64,000 nucleotides of DNA from Obrimoposthia wandeli (Eukaryota): positions 310,001 to 374,000 of the forward strand of contig CDROCS010002469.1 of the NCBI GenBank assembly GCA_977020255.1, written 5' to 3'. This document shows positions 1 through 9,512 of this stretch, piece by piece. A program made the translations under genes and the position numbers. The notes under the pieces are model-generated. The model did not search any database. It saw only the letters and a list, made by a program, of their open reading frames with translations, and had not been told where the DNA came from. How positions within the stretch are numbered: the stretch's first letter is position 1; each line of letters begins with the position of its first letter.

Positions 1-12
1 AAGGCCTCTATC

Positions 13-1422
13 GTGAAACTTAATACCCTTTTTACTGCTATAACGGTTGTGACTGTCACTTCTATTTTCGCCCAAGCTAACGCAGCGCCAACTTATACTG
101 ATTTCCCGGTTACTGTAAAAGATTACCAAGGTGATAAAACAACATCTGTTGCGTATTCTGGGCAGATAGCACGCCAAGTTTTACATAGCTCTTTAAAAAA
201 ATTAGCAGGCAAAGGCAACGGAGAAGCAAACCCTGAACTGCTTGCCCAAATGCAATCTTACTTTTCTGGTAAGGAAAAGGGCCGCGCAATCATCGCACCT
301 ATTAGCAAAGAAGGATTTAGTGTTGCTGAATCTTCAATTGATGATCTATCTAAAGGTAAAAATTTAGCAGGCAAGGCATATAAAGGCATCGTTAACGGCT
401 GGCCTGGCAATATGACAGCCGCTGAAGTACTTAGCTTTATGATAGAAAAAGCCTCATCTGCAAACGCAGGTTACGATTTAGTTAACGGTATGGATTACCC
501 ACAACTAATCTCTAAATTCGCGATGGGCGCTGTTTTTTACAATCAGGCTGTCGATAATTACTTAGATGAAAAGCTCGCAGCTGATGTTAAGCCTAACAAT
601 AAGCCTTACAAAAAAGGTGCACCTTACACAGGTAAAGAGCACGTTTGGGATGAAGCATTTGGCTACTTCGGCGCACCTGCAAACGCATTAAACTTAAACG
701 CTAAGACAAACTACGCTATCGCTAAAGGTAAAAAAGATGCTTTCAGCGCAGGAGATTTCAACAAAAATGGTAAAATAGATCTTGCCAGTGAAATGCTATA
801 TGCACATGCTTATTATGCAGCTAGCTCTGATAAAAGTGGAAAATCAAACTATTTACATACCATTACCAAAGCATTTATTGATGGACGTCAAATAATCACC
901 GACGCTAAAGGCGAGAGTCTTTCAGAGCAACAACGCAGTGCTTTGATGGCACAAGCAGCTTTAATCAAGAAAAACTGGGAATTGGTTATTGCTGAAGCAG
1001 CATTTAAATATGCTGGTTCAGTTTATAAATACGCTTTAAAAGTTCAAACAGCGGTTGATAACAACGAAAGTTCTGAGAAAGATTATAAATCCTACATCCA
1101 TGCTTGGTCAGAACTAAAAGGGTTTTCAATGTCTCTACAAACCGGTGGTAAAGATCTTGGCGGTTTAGCAGTCAATATGAACCGCTTAGTTGGCTACAGC
1201 CCTGTTTTACTGGGCAACACGCAAGTCACTGGCATTGATGACAAAGGTAACTTCAAACAGGCAAGCTCTGTAACAGTAGCTGAATATGCTTTGCAAATGC
1301 TAAAATTGCAAAAACTACTATCTGAGAATTATGACTTGCAAGTACGTAAACAAGATCAATTAGCAAAACTTGCTGAACTTGCAGAAAAACTGGGTTCAGG
1401 TAAAAACACAGAAAACGACTAA
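13..1422 (+). CDS. Secreted DUF4856-like protein (imelysin-like, putative metal/iron-binding)
   Basis: 469 aa ORF with GTG start, N-terminal signal peptide (MKLNTLFTAITVVTVTSIFAQANAA), EHVWDEAFGYFG motif recalled as typical of DUF4856 and a second HAWSE motif. Lies next to iron-uptake genes. Confidence 0.65.
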   Translation: MKLNTLFTAITVVTVTSIFAQANAAPTYTDFPVTVKDYQGDKTTSVAYSGQIARQVLHSSLKKLAGKGNGEANPELLAQMQSYFSGKEKGRAIIAPISKEGFSVAESSIDDLSKGKNLAGKAYKGIVNGWPGNMTAAEVLSFMIEKASSANAGYDLVNGMDYPQLISKFAMGAVFYNQAVDNYLDEKLAADVKPNNKPYKKGAPYTGKEHVWDEAFGYFGAPANALNLNAKTNYAIAKGKKDAFSAGDFNKNGKIDLASEMLYAHAYYAASSDKSGKSNYLHTITKAFIDGRQIITDAKGESLSEQQRSALMAQAALIKKNWELVIAEAAFKYAGSVYKYALKVQTAVDNNESSEKDYKSYIHAWSELKGFSMSLQTGGKDLGGLAVNMNRLVGYSPVLLGNTQVTGIDDKGNFKQASSVTVAEYALQMLKLQKLLSENYDLQVRKQDQLAKLAELAEKLGSGKNTEND

Positions 1423-1463
1423 TCAATTATTTGAAGTTTCTCAATCAACTTCTAATATGGCAC

Positions 1464-1495
1464 AAGGGGATTTAGCTTATAAGCTAAATCCCCTT
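1464..1495 (+). terminator. Intrinsic terminator-like perfect 32-bp palindrome
   Basis: AAGGGGATTTAGCTTA|TAAGCTAAATCCCCTT followed by TTATCTTT, 41 bp after the stop of the DUF4856 gene. Confidence 0.75.
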
Positions 1496-1564
1496 TTATC
1501 TTTAGTTAGTAAACCACGCCGCATTAAATATCAACAATGACAAATTAATACAAAGAGCACGGTT

Positions 1565-2572
1565 TTGACAGTAAACGCTTTTTTCAATGAGTACTGGCTT
1601 GATATAAGCCAAATGTTTAGCAATTCCCAGCAGCGGCTATTCATCGGCTATATCTTGGTTGCATTTGTTATTGCTTTCATCTATTTAGCAAAAAACAATA
1701 CTCAACATGCCACCTTTAGCCAGCTACTAGGAAAAGCTTGCGGTTTAAAACATTGCTTGGAAAGGTCCGCTTTAGCTGATTACAAAGTCATTCTCATCAA
1801 CAAAGCTATATTCATTTTCTGCCTACCGCTACTGATTACCAAACTTGCTATCGCTACTGCTATTTTCGAATTGATGCATGTGATTTTTCAACAGCGCTCA
1901 AGCTTTGAAAACATCTTACCTGATAGCTTTATTATTGCTGCATTCACACTCTTTGTTTTTCTTCTTGATGATTTCGCACGATTCTTATTTCACAAGCTTA
2001 TGCATGAAATCCCTTGGCTATGGCTATTTCATAAAACACATCACAGCGCTACTGTGCTAACACCACTCACCGTTTTACGTACCCACCCAATAGAAGGCTT
2101 AATATTTACGATAAGAAGCGCTTTGGTACAAGGTGTTAGCATTGCTATATTTATTTTCTTCTTTCCTGATCAAGTGGATTTGTATACTGTTTTAAAAGTT
2201 AATATTTTTATCTTTGTGTTTAACATACTTGGATCTAACTTACGCCATTCACACATATCGATTCATTATTGGCGCTGGCTAGAAATTTTTCTTATTTCAC
2301 CTGCGCAACACCAAATTCATCACTCAGTAAATGCACAACACTTTAATAAGAACTACGGAGCTGTAATTGCTTTGTGGGATAAAATATTTAACTCCCATTG
2401 CCATAGTGAGAAGCACCAAGCTTTAGAATTTGGGCTTCATTCTGCACAGGGAAAAGAAATGCAAACTTTATATCAGCTTTATGTTTCAGCGTTTGTTGAA
2501 ATATTTCTATCTTGCATAATGTGGCTAAAAACCAGGCGTAAAGCAGAGCCAGAAAACACAAATAATGATTAA
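1565..2572 (+). CDS. Fatty acid hydroxylase / sterol desaturase superfamily membrane di-iron enzyme
   Basis: TTG start, several hydrophobic segments and His boxes HKLMH, HKTHH, HSH, HQIHH. Confidence 0.85.
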   Translation: MTVNAFFNEYWLDISQMFSNSQQRLFIGYILVAFVIAFIYLAKNNTQHATFSQLLGKACGLKHCLERSALADYKVILINKAIFIFCLPLLITKLAIATAIFELMHVIFQQRSSFENILPDSFIIAAFTLFVFLLDDFARFLFHKLMHEIPWLWLFHKTHHSATVLTPLTVLRTHPIEGLIFTIRSALVQGVSIAIFIFFFPDQVDLYTVLKVNIFIFVFNILGSNLRHSHISIHYWRWLEIFLISPAQHQIHHSVNAQHFNKNYGAVIALWDKIFNSHCHSEKHQALEFGLHSAQGKEMQTLYQLYVSAFVEIFLSCIMWLKTRRKAEPENTNND

Positions 2573-2671
2573 AATCACGCCGAGTAACTAATTGCTAACC
2601 TAACAATTACTGATATAAATCAACTATACATTAGCTTAAAAGCGTGCAACTAAGTTAATCAGTTTAAAGAT

Positions 2672-2690
2672 ACAAATGACAACCATAATC
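2672..2690 (+). promoter_or_regulatory. Putative Fur box with adjacent -10 element
   Basis: ACAAATGACAACCATAATC matches 13/19 of the GATAATGATAATCATTATC consensus. TATAAT at 2694-2699, directly upstream of the Fe3+-binding protein gene. Confidence 0.6.
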
Positions 2691-2735
2691 ATTTATAATT
2701 AAATCACCATTTAGCTGTAATACATCGAGTCTATT

Positions 2736-3779
2736 ATGAACAAATATTTTCCTAAAACATTACTTCTCACCACCACTTGCATTAGCTTTTTAGTCGCTCA
2801 TTCCACCTTTGCCTCTAGCCCAGAAAGCACTGAAGTAAATGTTTATTCAGCTAGAAAAGAAGCATTAATTAAGCCGCTGTTAGACAAGTTTGAACAAAGT
2901 ACAGGTATCACCGTCAATCTAATCACAGGTAAAGCAGATGCCTTGCTACAGCGCCTAAAAATTGAGGGTAAAGCTAGCCCTGCTGATGTGTTTATCACGG
3001 TTGATGCTGGACGTTTACAAAGAGCCAAAGAAGCAGGTGTATTACAGGCAATTGAAAGCGACATTCTCAATAAAAACATTCCCAGCAACTTACGCGACAC
3101 TGACAATTTATGGTTTGGTTTGTCACAGCGCGCTCGAACAATTTTTTATGCTAAAGGAAAAGTTAAACCTGAACAACTTTCTACTTATGAAGATTTAGCA
3201 AACACTAAATGGCAAGGTAAGCTTTGCCTGCGAAGCTCTAATAATATCTACAACCAATCACTTGTCGCATCTATGATAGAAAACATAGGCGAAGAAGCAA
3301 CCCAAACTTGGGCAAAGAAACTAGTTGCCAATATTGCCAAGCCGCCAACTGGGGGTGACACCGATCAACTTAAAGCCGTCGCTGCAGGTGTTTGTGACAT
3401 TACTATCGCCAATACTTATTACTTTGGTCGAATCATGAATAGTGATAAAGATAGCGATAAAGCCATTGTTGAAAAAGTTGCCTTGTTTTGGCCTAACCAA
3501 AAAGACAGAGGCGTGCACATGAATGTGAGCGGCGCCGGCGTTACAAAATATTCCCGACACAAAGAAAACGCAATTAAACTCATTGAATTTATGTCATCTG
3601 CTGAATCTCAAGCATGGTATGCAGCAGTTAACAGTGAATTCCCTGCATTATCCAGCGCAAAGAAATCTCTACCCCTTTTAAGTTGGGGAACGTTTAAAGC
3701 AGATCCTATTGCTTTGAACAAGCTTGGGGAAAATAACCGTAAAGCAGTAGAATTAATGGACAGAGTCGGTTGGAAATAA
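2736..3779 (+). CDS. fbpA: Fe(3+) ABC transporter periplasmic binding protein (FbpA/FutA/IdiA type)
   Basis: Signal peptide, VYSARKE, DVFITVDAG, GGDTDQLKAVAAG and NTYYFG (Tyr ligands) motifs. Confidence 0.9.
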   Translation: MNKYFPKTLLLTTTCISFLVAHSTFASSPESTEVNVYSARKEALIKPLLDKFEQSTGITVNLITGKADALLQRLKIEGKASPADVFITVDAGRLQRAKEAGVLQAIESDILNKNIPSNLRDTDNLWFGLSQRARTIFYAKGKVKPEQLSTYEDLANTKWQGKLCLRSSNNIYNQSLVASMIENIGEEATQTWAKKLVANIAKPPTGGDTDQLKAVAAGVCDITIANTYYFGRIMNSDKDSDKAIVEKVALFWPNQKDRGVHMNVSGAGVTKYSRHKENAIKLIEFMSSAESQAWYAAVNSEFPALSSAKKSLPLLSWGTFKADPIALNKLGENNRKAVELMDRVGWK

Positions 3780-3846
3780 TTACATTTCAGCAATAAACAT
3801 GAGCGTTAATAGCGCTTTACAGCCTCTTAAGCAAAGTTAGTATTCA

Positions 3847-5487
3847 ATGATTGCAAAACTGAAACATTTTAAAGCGTTTAATTGGCTCAGCAGCTCAGCG
3901 CTTTTAATTGCTATAACACTATCACTACCGATACTGGTGGTTGCTAGCTCTTTGTTTACGTCGTTTGGCCCTACGTGGGCACATTTAGTTGATACCGTTT
4001 TAGCTGATTATGTTGTTAACTCAGTGTTACTACTGTTAGGCGTTAGTGTCGGCGTGTTAGTTATAGGAATACCTGCCGCTTGGTTCACCAGTGTTTGTGA
4101 CTTCAAAGGCAAAAGCATACTAACTTGGGCGCTACTATTACCGCTTGCGGTACCTGCATACATTGTTGCCTACACTTATACGGGGTTATTGGATTTTGCA
4201 GGGCCCGTGCAAAGCAGTATTAGAGAGATAAGTGGTTTAGGCTACGGGGAATATTGGTTCTTTGAAATTCGCTCTTTAGGTGGCGCAATTGCGATGCTCA
4301 CCCTAGTCCTTTATCCTTATGTTTATTTAATGGCCCGCGCATCATTTTTAGAACAATCAAGTAATTCTTTAGAAGTATGCCGTACTTTAGGCTACAACCG
4401 AGTTAAAGCTTTCTTTTATCTTTCACTGCCGATGGCACGCCCCGCTATTATAACGGGGCTAACGTTAGCCTTAATGGAAACGCTAGCTGATTATGGCACT
4501 GTGCAATTTTTTGGGATTAGTACGTTCACCACCGGTATTTTTCGTACATTTTATGGTTTAGGTGATGCAGATGCCGCCGCGCAACTCGCTTCGTTATTAC
4601 TTGGTTTTGTCACTTTTCTGATTATTTTAGAACGCTATTCTAGACGACAAAATCGCTATCATTCAAACAGCGAGCAGAGATCGAATACCTTGATCAAACT
4701 TTCAACGAAACACAGTTGCTTAGTATGGCTGTTTTGTTTGCTGCCGATTGCTTTTGGATTTATATTACCAGCCTCTGTCATGCTGTACTGGTCAATCACT
4801 CAAGCAGATTTTTCATTAAGTACATTTTTGTCACTCGCTTGGAACTCTTTCTACTTAGCTTTTAGTGCTGCATTAATCGCGGTATTTTTGTCATTAGTTT
4901 TAGTTTATGCTAAACGCCTAAAAAGTGGCTCAGCCGTTAGCTTGGCTGTTACTACTGCCGGCTTAGGTTATGCTTTACCTGGCACCATTATCGCTATCGG
5001 CATTATTATCCCGCTGGCTTGGTTTGATCATCAATTAATCAATATTTTTAGCGCTTTATTTAATATTGAATTAGGTCTACTTTTTTCAGGTACTTTGTTC
5101 GCCTTACTGTTTGCCTATAGTGTGAGATTTTTAGCGGTTTCTTTAGGCGCCGTACAGACAGGCTTAGATAAAATCAAACCTAACATTGATAATGCCGCTA
5201 GATCACTGGGACACAGTCACTATAAGGTATTAAAAAACATACACGTGCCATTAATGCGCAGCTCTTTACTTACCGCCTTATTAATTGTTTTTGTCGATGT
5301 ATTAAAAGAGCTTCCAGCCACTTTAATCTTGCGCCCTTTTAATTTTAATACTTTGGCTGTGCATGCTTTTGAGCTGGCCTCTGATGAAAGGCTAGTTGAC
5401 GCAGCCCCTGCATCTTTAATGATTGTTGCTGTCGGCTTAATACCCGTAATATTGCTTAGCAAATCTATTTCCAAAAGAAGAGCTTAA
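3847..5487 (+). CDS. fbpB: Fe(3+) ABC transporter permease (FbpB type)
   Basis: 546 aa with duplicated permease halves (LPLAVPAYIVAY; EAA-like loop IDNAARSLG; KELPATLILRPFNF). Confidence 0.9.
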   Translation: MIAKLKHFKAFNWLSSSALLIAITLSLPILVVASSLFTSFGPTWAHLVDTVLADYVVNSVLLLLGVSVGVLVIGIPAAWFTSVCDFKGKSILTWALLLPLAVPAYIVAYTYTGLLDFAGPVQSSIREISGLGYGEYWFFEIRSLGGAIAMLTLVLYPYVYLMARASFLEQSSNSLEVCRTLGYNRVKAFFYLSLPMARPAIITGLTLALMETLADYGTVQFFGISTFTTGIFRTFYGLGDADAAAQLASLLLGFVTFLIILERYSRRQNRYHSNSEQRSNTLIKLSTKHSCLVWLFCLLPIAFGFILPASVMLYWSITQADFSLSTFLSLAWNSFYLAFSAALIAVFLSLVLVYAKRLKSGSAVSLAVTTAGLGYALPGTIIAIGIIIPLAWFDHQLINIFSALFNIELGLLFSGTLFALLFAYSVRFLAVSLGAVQTGLDKIKPNIDNAARSLGHSHYKVLKNIHVPLMRSSLLTALLIVFVDVLKELPATLILRPFNFNTLAVHAFELASDERLVDAAPASLMIVAVGLIPVILLSKSISKRRA

Positions 5488-5494
5488 TTTCACT

Positions 5495-6565
5495 ATGAAT
5501 ATTGCACAACAACTAGATACCACCCTTTTAGCACTTAAAAACATTAATGTTGGCTATGACGATAAGCTCATTGTTAAGAATGTTGCTTTGCAGCTTAACT
5601 TAGGTGAAATCGGTTGCTTATTAGGCCCTAGTGGTTGCGGAAAATCTACATTACTCAGGGCTATAGCGGGCTTTGAACCGCTGAAAAAAGGTAGCATAGA
5701 ACTCTCCCATAGTGTGATCTCCCAAACAGGTACCACCCTTCCTCCTGAGAAACGCGACATCGGTATGGTGTTTCAAGATGTGGCACTATTTCCGCATCTA
5801 TCCGTCGAGAAAAACATCAGTTTCGGCATTCAATATTTAAGTAAATCAGAGCAGAAAAAAAGAGTTTCTCAATTATTAACACTGGTAGAGCTAAGCGGCA
5901 GCGAAAAAAGCTACCCACATCAACTATCAGGTGGGCAACAACAACGTATAGCACTGGCCAGAGCATTGGCCCCGAAACCTAAACTTATTTTATTAGATGA
6001 ACCTTTTTCAGGTTTAGATGCGAAACTCAAAGAAAGCTTAGTACCACAGATTCGCGCTATATTAAAACACGAGCAAGTCAGTGCGTTGATTGTAAGTCAT
6101 GATCAAGCTGAAGCTTTTGCTATCGCCGATAAAATTGCCATTATGAACCAAGGCGAAATTCATCAATGGGACAGCGCTTATAACAGTTACCACCAGCCCG
6201 CCACAAAATTTGCAGCCAGTTTTATAGGTAGAAGTAAATTTCTACCCGCAACCACCACTTGCGAGCACTGTATCCAAACCAGCTTAGGGAATTTAAGATC
6301 AAATGCTCCACACGGATATCAAGCAGACTCAGAAGTTGACGTATTAGTGCGTATCGATGACGTACAACACGCACCTGATTCAAGTCATTGCGGTAAAGTA
6401 ATTGCAAAAAACTTTCACGGTTCCTATTTTACTTACGAACTGCAACTTGAAGATTCAGTAACCGTGTTGTGCAGCACTCCAGCGCACGATATGCAAGAGT
6501 ATCAGCTAGGCGATCAGTTCCCCTTAAAACTGACTATAGAGCACTTGGTGCTGTTTAATAGATGA
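5495..6565 (+). CDS. fbpC: Fe(3+) ABC transporter ATP-binding subunit (FbpC type)
   Basis: Walker A GPSGCGKS, signature LSGGQQQR, Walker B LILLDEPF and a C-terminal TOBE-like region. Confidence 0.9.
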   Translation: MNIAQQLDTTLLALKNINVGYDDKLIVKNVALQLNLGEIGCLLGPSGCGKSTLLRAIAGFEPLKKGSIELSHSVISQTGTTLPPEKRDIGMVFQDVALFPHLSVEKNISFGIQYLSKSEQKKRVSQLLTLVELSGSEKSYPHQLSGGQQQRIALARALAPKPKLILLDEPFSGLDAKLKESLVPQIRAILKHEQVSALIVSHDQAEAFAIADKIAIMNQGEIHQWDSAYNSYHQPATKFAASFIGRSKFLPATTTCEHCIQTSLGNLRSNAPHGYQADSEVDVLVRIDDVQHAPDSSHCGKVIAKNFHGSYFTYELQLEDSVTVLCSTPAHDMQEYQLGDQFPLKLTIEHLVLFNR

Positions 6566-7275
6566 ACCTTATTTTAGTTAATCAACAAGATTTCATCACA
6601 GCCGATACTGTGGTTCTTTATGGGCGACGTTTTGAACATATATTACAAGTGCATCGCGCTGAAGTTACCCAAACCTTGAGAGTAGGACTAGTTAACGGTA
6701 ACAGCGGCAATGGCAAAATCACTAGCATAAATGATCAGTCAGTCACGCTTGTAGTATCTTTTTGTCAAACTCCTTTACCCCCATTGCCATTAACATTAAT
6801 TCTGGCACTGCCCAGACCCAAAATGCTCAAGCGCATATTACAAACCACTGCCGCCCTAGGAGTGAAGGATATTTATTTAATCAATAGCTACAAGGTTGAT
6901 AAAAGCTATTGGTCATCTCCAGTTCTAAACCCCTCCTCTATCACTGAGCATTTACAACTAGGCTTAGAGCAAGCAGTGGATACTATAATGCCGTGTGTCC
7001 ACCTTAAAAAGCGCTTTAAGCCATTTGTAGAAGATGAGTTATCCAGCATAGCAAATAATAGCTTAAAGCTGGTGGCGCACCCTTATAACGCTGATCCATG
7101 CCCTGTCAGCGTTGAGCAAAAAAGTACCTTAGTGATAGGTCCTGAAGGTGGGTTTATTGATTACGAGATTGAAAAATTAGCTGAACAAGGCTTTCAAGCT
7201 ATTAGCTTAGGCGAGCGTATTTTAAGAGTGGAAACAGCTATTCCCTTTTGCATTGCAAAGTTATTCAGCTGTTAA
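6562..7275 (+). CDS. rsmE: RsmE-family SPOUT methyltransferase (16S rRNA m3U1498 MTase-like)
   Basis: C-terminal VIGPEGGF and SLGERILRVETA knot motifs. ATGA overlap with the upstream stop. Confidence 0.8.
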   Translation: MNLILVNQQDFITADTVVLYGRRFEHILQVHRAEVTQTLRVGLVNGNSGNGKITSINDQSVTLVVSFCQTPLPPLPLTLILALPRPKMLKRILQTTAALGVKDIYLINSYKVDKSYWSSPVLNPSSITEHLQLGLEQAVDTIMPCVHLKKRFKPFVEDELSSIANNSLKLVAHPYNADPCPVSVEQKSTLVIGPEGGFIDYEIEKLAEQGFQAISLGERILRVETAIPFCIAKLFSC

Positions 7276-7331
7276 AGAAAACATCATCAAACGCAGCAGT
7301 TTTAGAGTTAAAACAAGCCATCCTGATTTGA

Positions 7332-7895
7332 TTACTTGTTATGCTCATTCCAAAGCGTTTGATAATGCAACCAGTCAAAACACTCTCCTGGATCAGTCTT
7401 CCTGCCGGGGGCTATTTGATCATGCCCTAATGCACTGGCTACATTTATGGCAGGGTAACTCATTTCTAATAGCGCGCTGATTTGAGCTAACACTTGATAC
7501 TGACAATCTTCGAATGGCATATCATCTGTTCCTTCAAGCTCAATACCAATTGAAAAGTCATTACAATTTTCTCGACCTTGGTAATTTGAAACCCCTGCAT
7601 GCCAAGCTCTATCATTGAAATTAACAAACTGCGTCACTTCACCAATACGACTAACCAGTAAATGAGCTGATACCTTTAAATTAGCTATTTGGCTAAAAAA
7701 AGCATCTTGCTCAATATCTAATTTATTTTGAAAAAACTGCTCTATATACCCCCCTCCAAACTTAGCGGGCGGCAAGCTAATATTATGTATGACTAACAAA
7801 TCTAATTCTACGGATTGCGCTCTCGTATTAAAATTTGGCGAAGGCGTTTGTATAGCGCCTAATAAAACCCCGTTAACAATAGAAAATTTCTGCAC
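7332..7895 (-). CDS. ampD: 1,6-anhydro-N-acetylmuramyl-L-alanine amidase
   Basis: SPNFNTR, LVIHNISLPP, VSAH, RAWHAG, SIGIELEG and GRKTDPG motifs. Start refined to GTG 7895 after AAGGGAG (ORF track starts at 7952). Divergent from nadC. Confidence 0.92.
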   Translation of the reverse strand: MQKFSIVNGVLLGAIQTPSPNFNTRAQSVELDLLVIHNISLPPAKFGGGYIEQFFQNKLDIEQDAFFSQIANLKVSAHLLVSRIGEVTQFVNFNDRAWHAGVSNYQGRENCNDFSIGIELEGTDDMPFEDCQYQVLAQISALLEMSYPAINVASALGHDQIAPGRKTDPGECFDWLHYQTLWNEHNK

Positions 7896-7967
7896 CAAAG
7901 CTCCCTTATCAGCTAATTTTGATTTATTATAAGCGCTATTAATTTTTATCACTAGTAAGGATCAAAA

Positions 7968-8807
7968 ATGCCTGTTGCAGCCCCTTTACCTGCCATCGTT
8001 AAAAAAAATGTACGCACTGCATTAGAAGAAGATATCGGCTCTGGTGATATCACTGCTAATCTAATTTCCAGTAAACAGCAAGCAACGGCACAAGTTATCA
8101 CCCGCCAAACAGCTATTATTTGCGGCACTGCTTGGGTGGATGAAACCTTTAGGCAGGTTGACCCTGACCTATCCATTGAATGGCAAGTAAAAGACGGTGA
8201 TGCAGTAAAACCCAATCAAGTACTGTTCACTTGTACCGGCTCTGCAAGCTCACTTCTAACCGCTGAACGCACCGCCTTAAACTTTATGCAAAGCTTATCA
8301 GGCACTGCAACTATCAGCCAACACTATGCAGATTTAGTCAGCACTACCCAGGTTAAGCTGCTAGATACGCGTAAAACCATTCCGGGCTTGCGCGCGGCAC
8401 AAAAATACGCAGTCACTTGTGGAAATTGTCACAATCACCGAATCGGCTTATTTGATGCCTTTTTAATCAAGGAAAACCATATCATGGCTTGTGGTGGTAT
8501 TGAGCAAGCGATTAAGGCGGCACGTAAAACAGCGCCAGGTAAAAAAGTAGAAGTGGAAGTGGAATCCTTTGCGCAACTACAGCAGGCAGTTGCCGCTAAG
8601 TCTGATATCGTGATGCTGGATAACTTTAGCTTTGTGCAAATGAAACAAGCTGTTGATTGGGTAGCAGGTAAAGTGAAGCTTGAAGCATCTGGCAATATCA
8701 ACGATGAAACATTACTGGAGACTGCTGAGACTGGTGTGGACTATATATCGATCGGCGCATTGACAAAACATTGTCAGGCTATTGATTTGTCAATGCGCTT
8801 TGTCTAG
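7968..8807 (+). CDS. nadC: Quinolinate phosphoribosyltransferase
   Basis: [45 protein letters not shown] and DLSM motifs. Confidence 0.95.
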   Translation: MPVAAPLPAIVKKNVRTALEEDIGSGDITANLISSKQQATAQVITRQTAIICGTAWVDETFRQVDPDLSIEWQVKDGDAVKPNQVLFTCTGSASSLLTAERTALNFMQSLSGTATISQHYADLVSTTQVKLLDTRKTIPGLRAAQKYAVTCGNCHNHRIGLFDAFLIKENHIMACGGIEQAIKAARKTAPGKKVEVEVESFAQLQQAVAAKSDIVMLDNFSFVQMKQAVDWVAGKVKLEASGNINDETLLETAETGVDYISIGALTKHCQAIDLSMRFV

Positions 8808-8822
8808 ATAATGTGCTTATTA

Positions 8823-8850
8823 TTAGTGCCGACTTTTACATCGGCACTAA
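8823..8850. terminator. Bidirectional terminator hairpin between convergent nadC and pilA
   Basis: TTAGTGCCGA-8 nt loop-TCGGCACTAA, a perfect 10-bp stem. Confidence 0.7.
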
Positions 8851-8860
8851 CCATAACCAT

Positions 8861-9286
8861 TTATCTACAAGTAGAAGGGACTATCGCATTATCCATAGTA
8901 CTTGTGCAATTCCAGCCAATACTACCACCATTATCAGTAGGCATTAATGTAAGAGCTCCTGAAGCACCACCAACCGCTAGTAGTGTCCTAAAAATGACTT
9001 CTATCGCACCAGATGTAGCCTGAACTTCCACTGAAAATACTGAATCTCCCTGAATATCGGTAAGTACATCTAATCCAGCACTTGTGTTGCTATCCGGCCA
9101 AACACCTTCTGATGAGAAATATTCTGTCACTGCTGTTTTAGCACCTGAAGCAAGCGAGATCCCTTCTGATACTCTTGCTCTATTGGTATAATCCTGATAA
9201 GCCGGCAAAGCAATTGCTGCCAAAATACCAATGATCGCCACTACGATCATTAATTCAATTAAGGTAAATCCCTGTTGCTTCTTCAT
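8861..9286 (-). CDS. pilA: Type IVa major pilin
   Basis: Prepilin leader MKKQQG|[28 protein letters not shown]-terminal disulfide loop (WNC...TCR), SD GGAG upstream. Confidence 0.95.
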   Translation of the reverse strand: MKKQQGFTLIELMIVVAIIGILAAIALPAYQDYTNRARVSEGISLASGAKTAVTEYFSSEGVWPDSNTSAGLDVLTDIQGDSVFSVEVQATSGAIEVIFRTLLAVGGASGALTLMPTDNGGSIGWNCTSTMDNAIVPSTCR

Positions 9287-9512
9287 GGTTGCTCTCCAGC
9301 TATGTTCTAAATTTATAATTAGTTAAGTTAGTTTTATATATTAAAAAATGCAACCTTTACTACAAAATCATCTACAATAATTCATACTGCGCAGTTACAA
9401 CTGAATTCTAACATTGAATTGATGATTAAATTACATTTTTTCGTTATTATTCCAAACTTTAATGACTTTAAAGTCAATTGTCACCTGTTTTACTAAATTA
9501 GGAGCGAATGGA

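Noticed and set aside
8808-8860. tRNA-Thr between nadC and pilA, as in Pseudomonas aeruginosa
   Set aside because: The gap is only 53 bp and is occupied by a terminator hairpin. No tRNA T-loop motif was seen here or elsewhere in the window.
9349-9366. Sigma54 promoter for pilA
   Set aside because: The best minus-strand candidate (TGTAGTAAAGGTTGCA) has GT rather than the invariant GG at -24.
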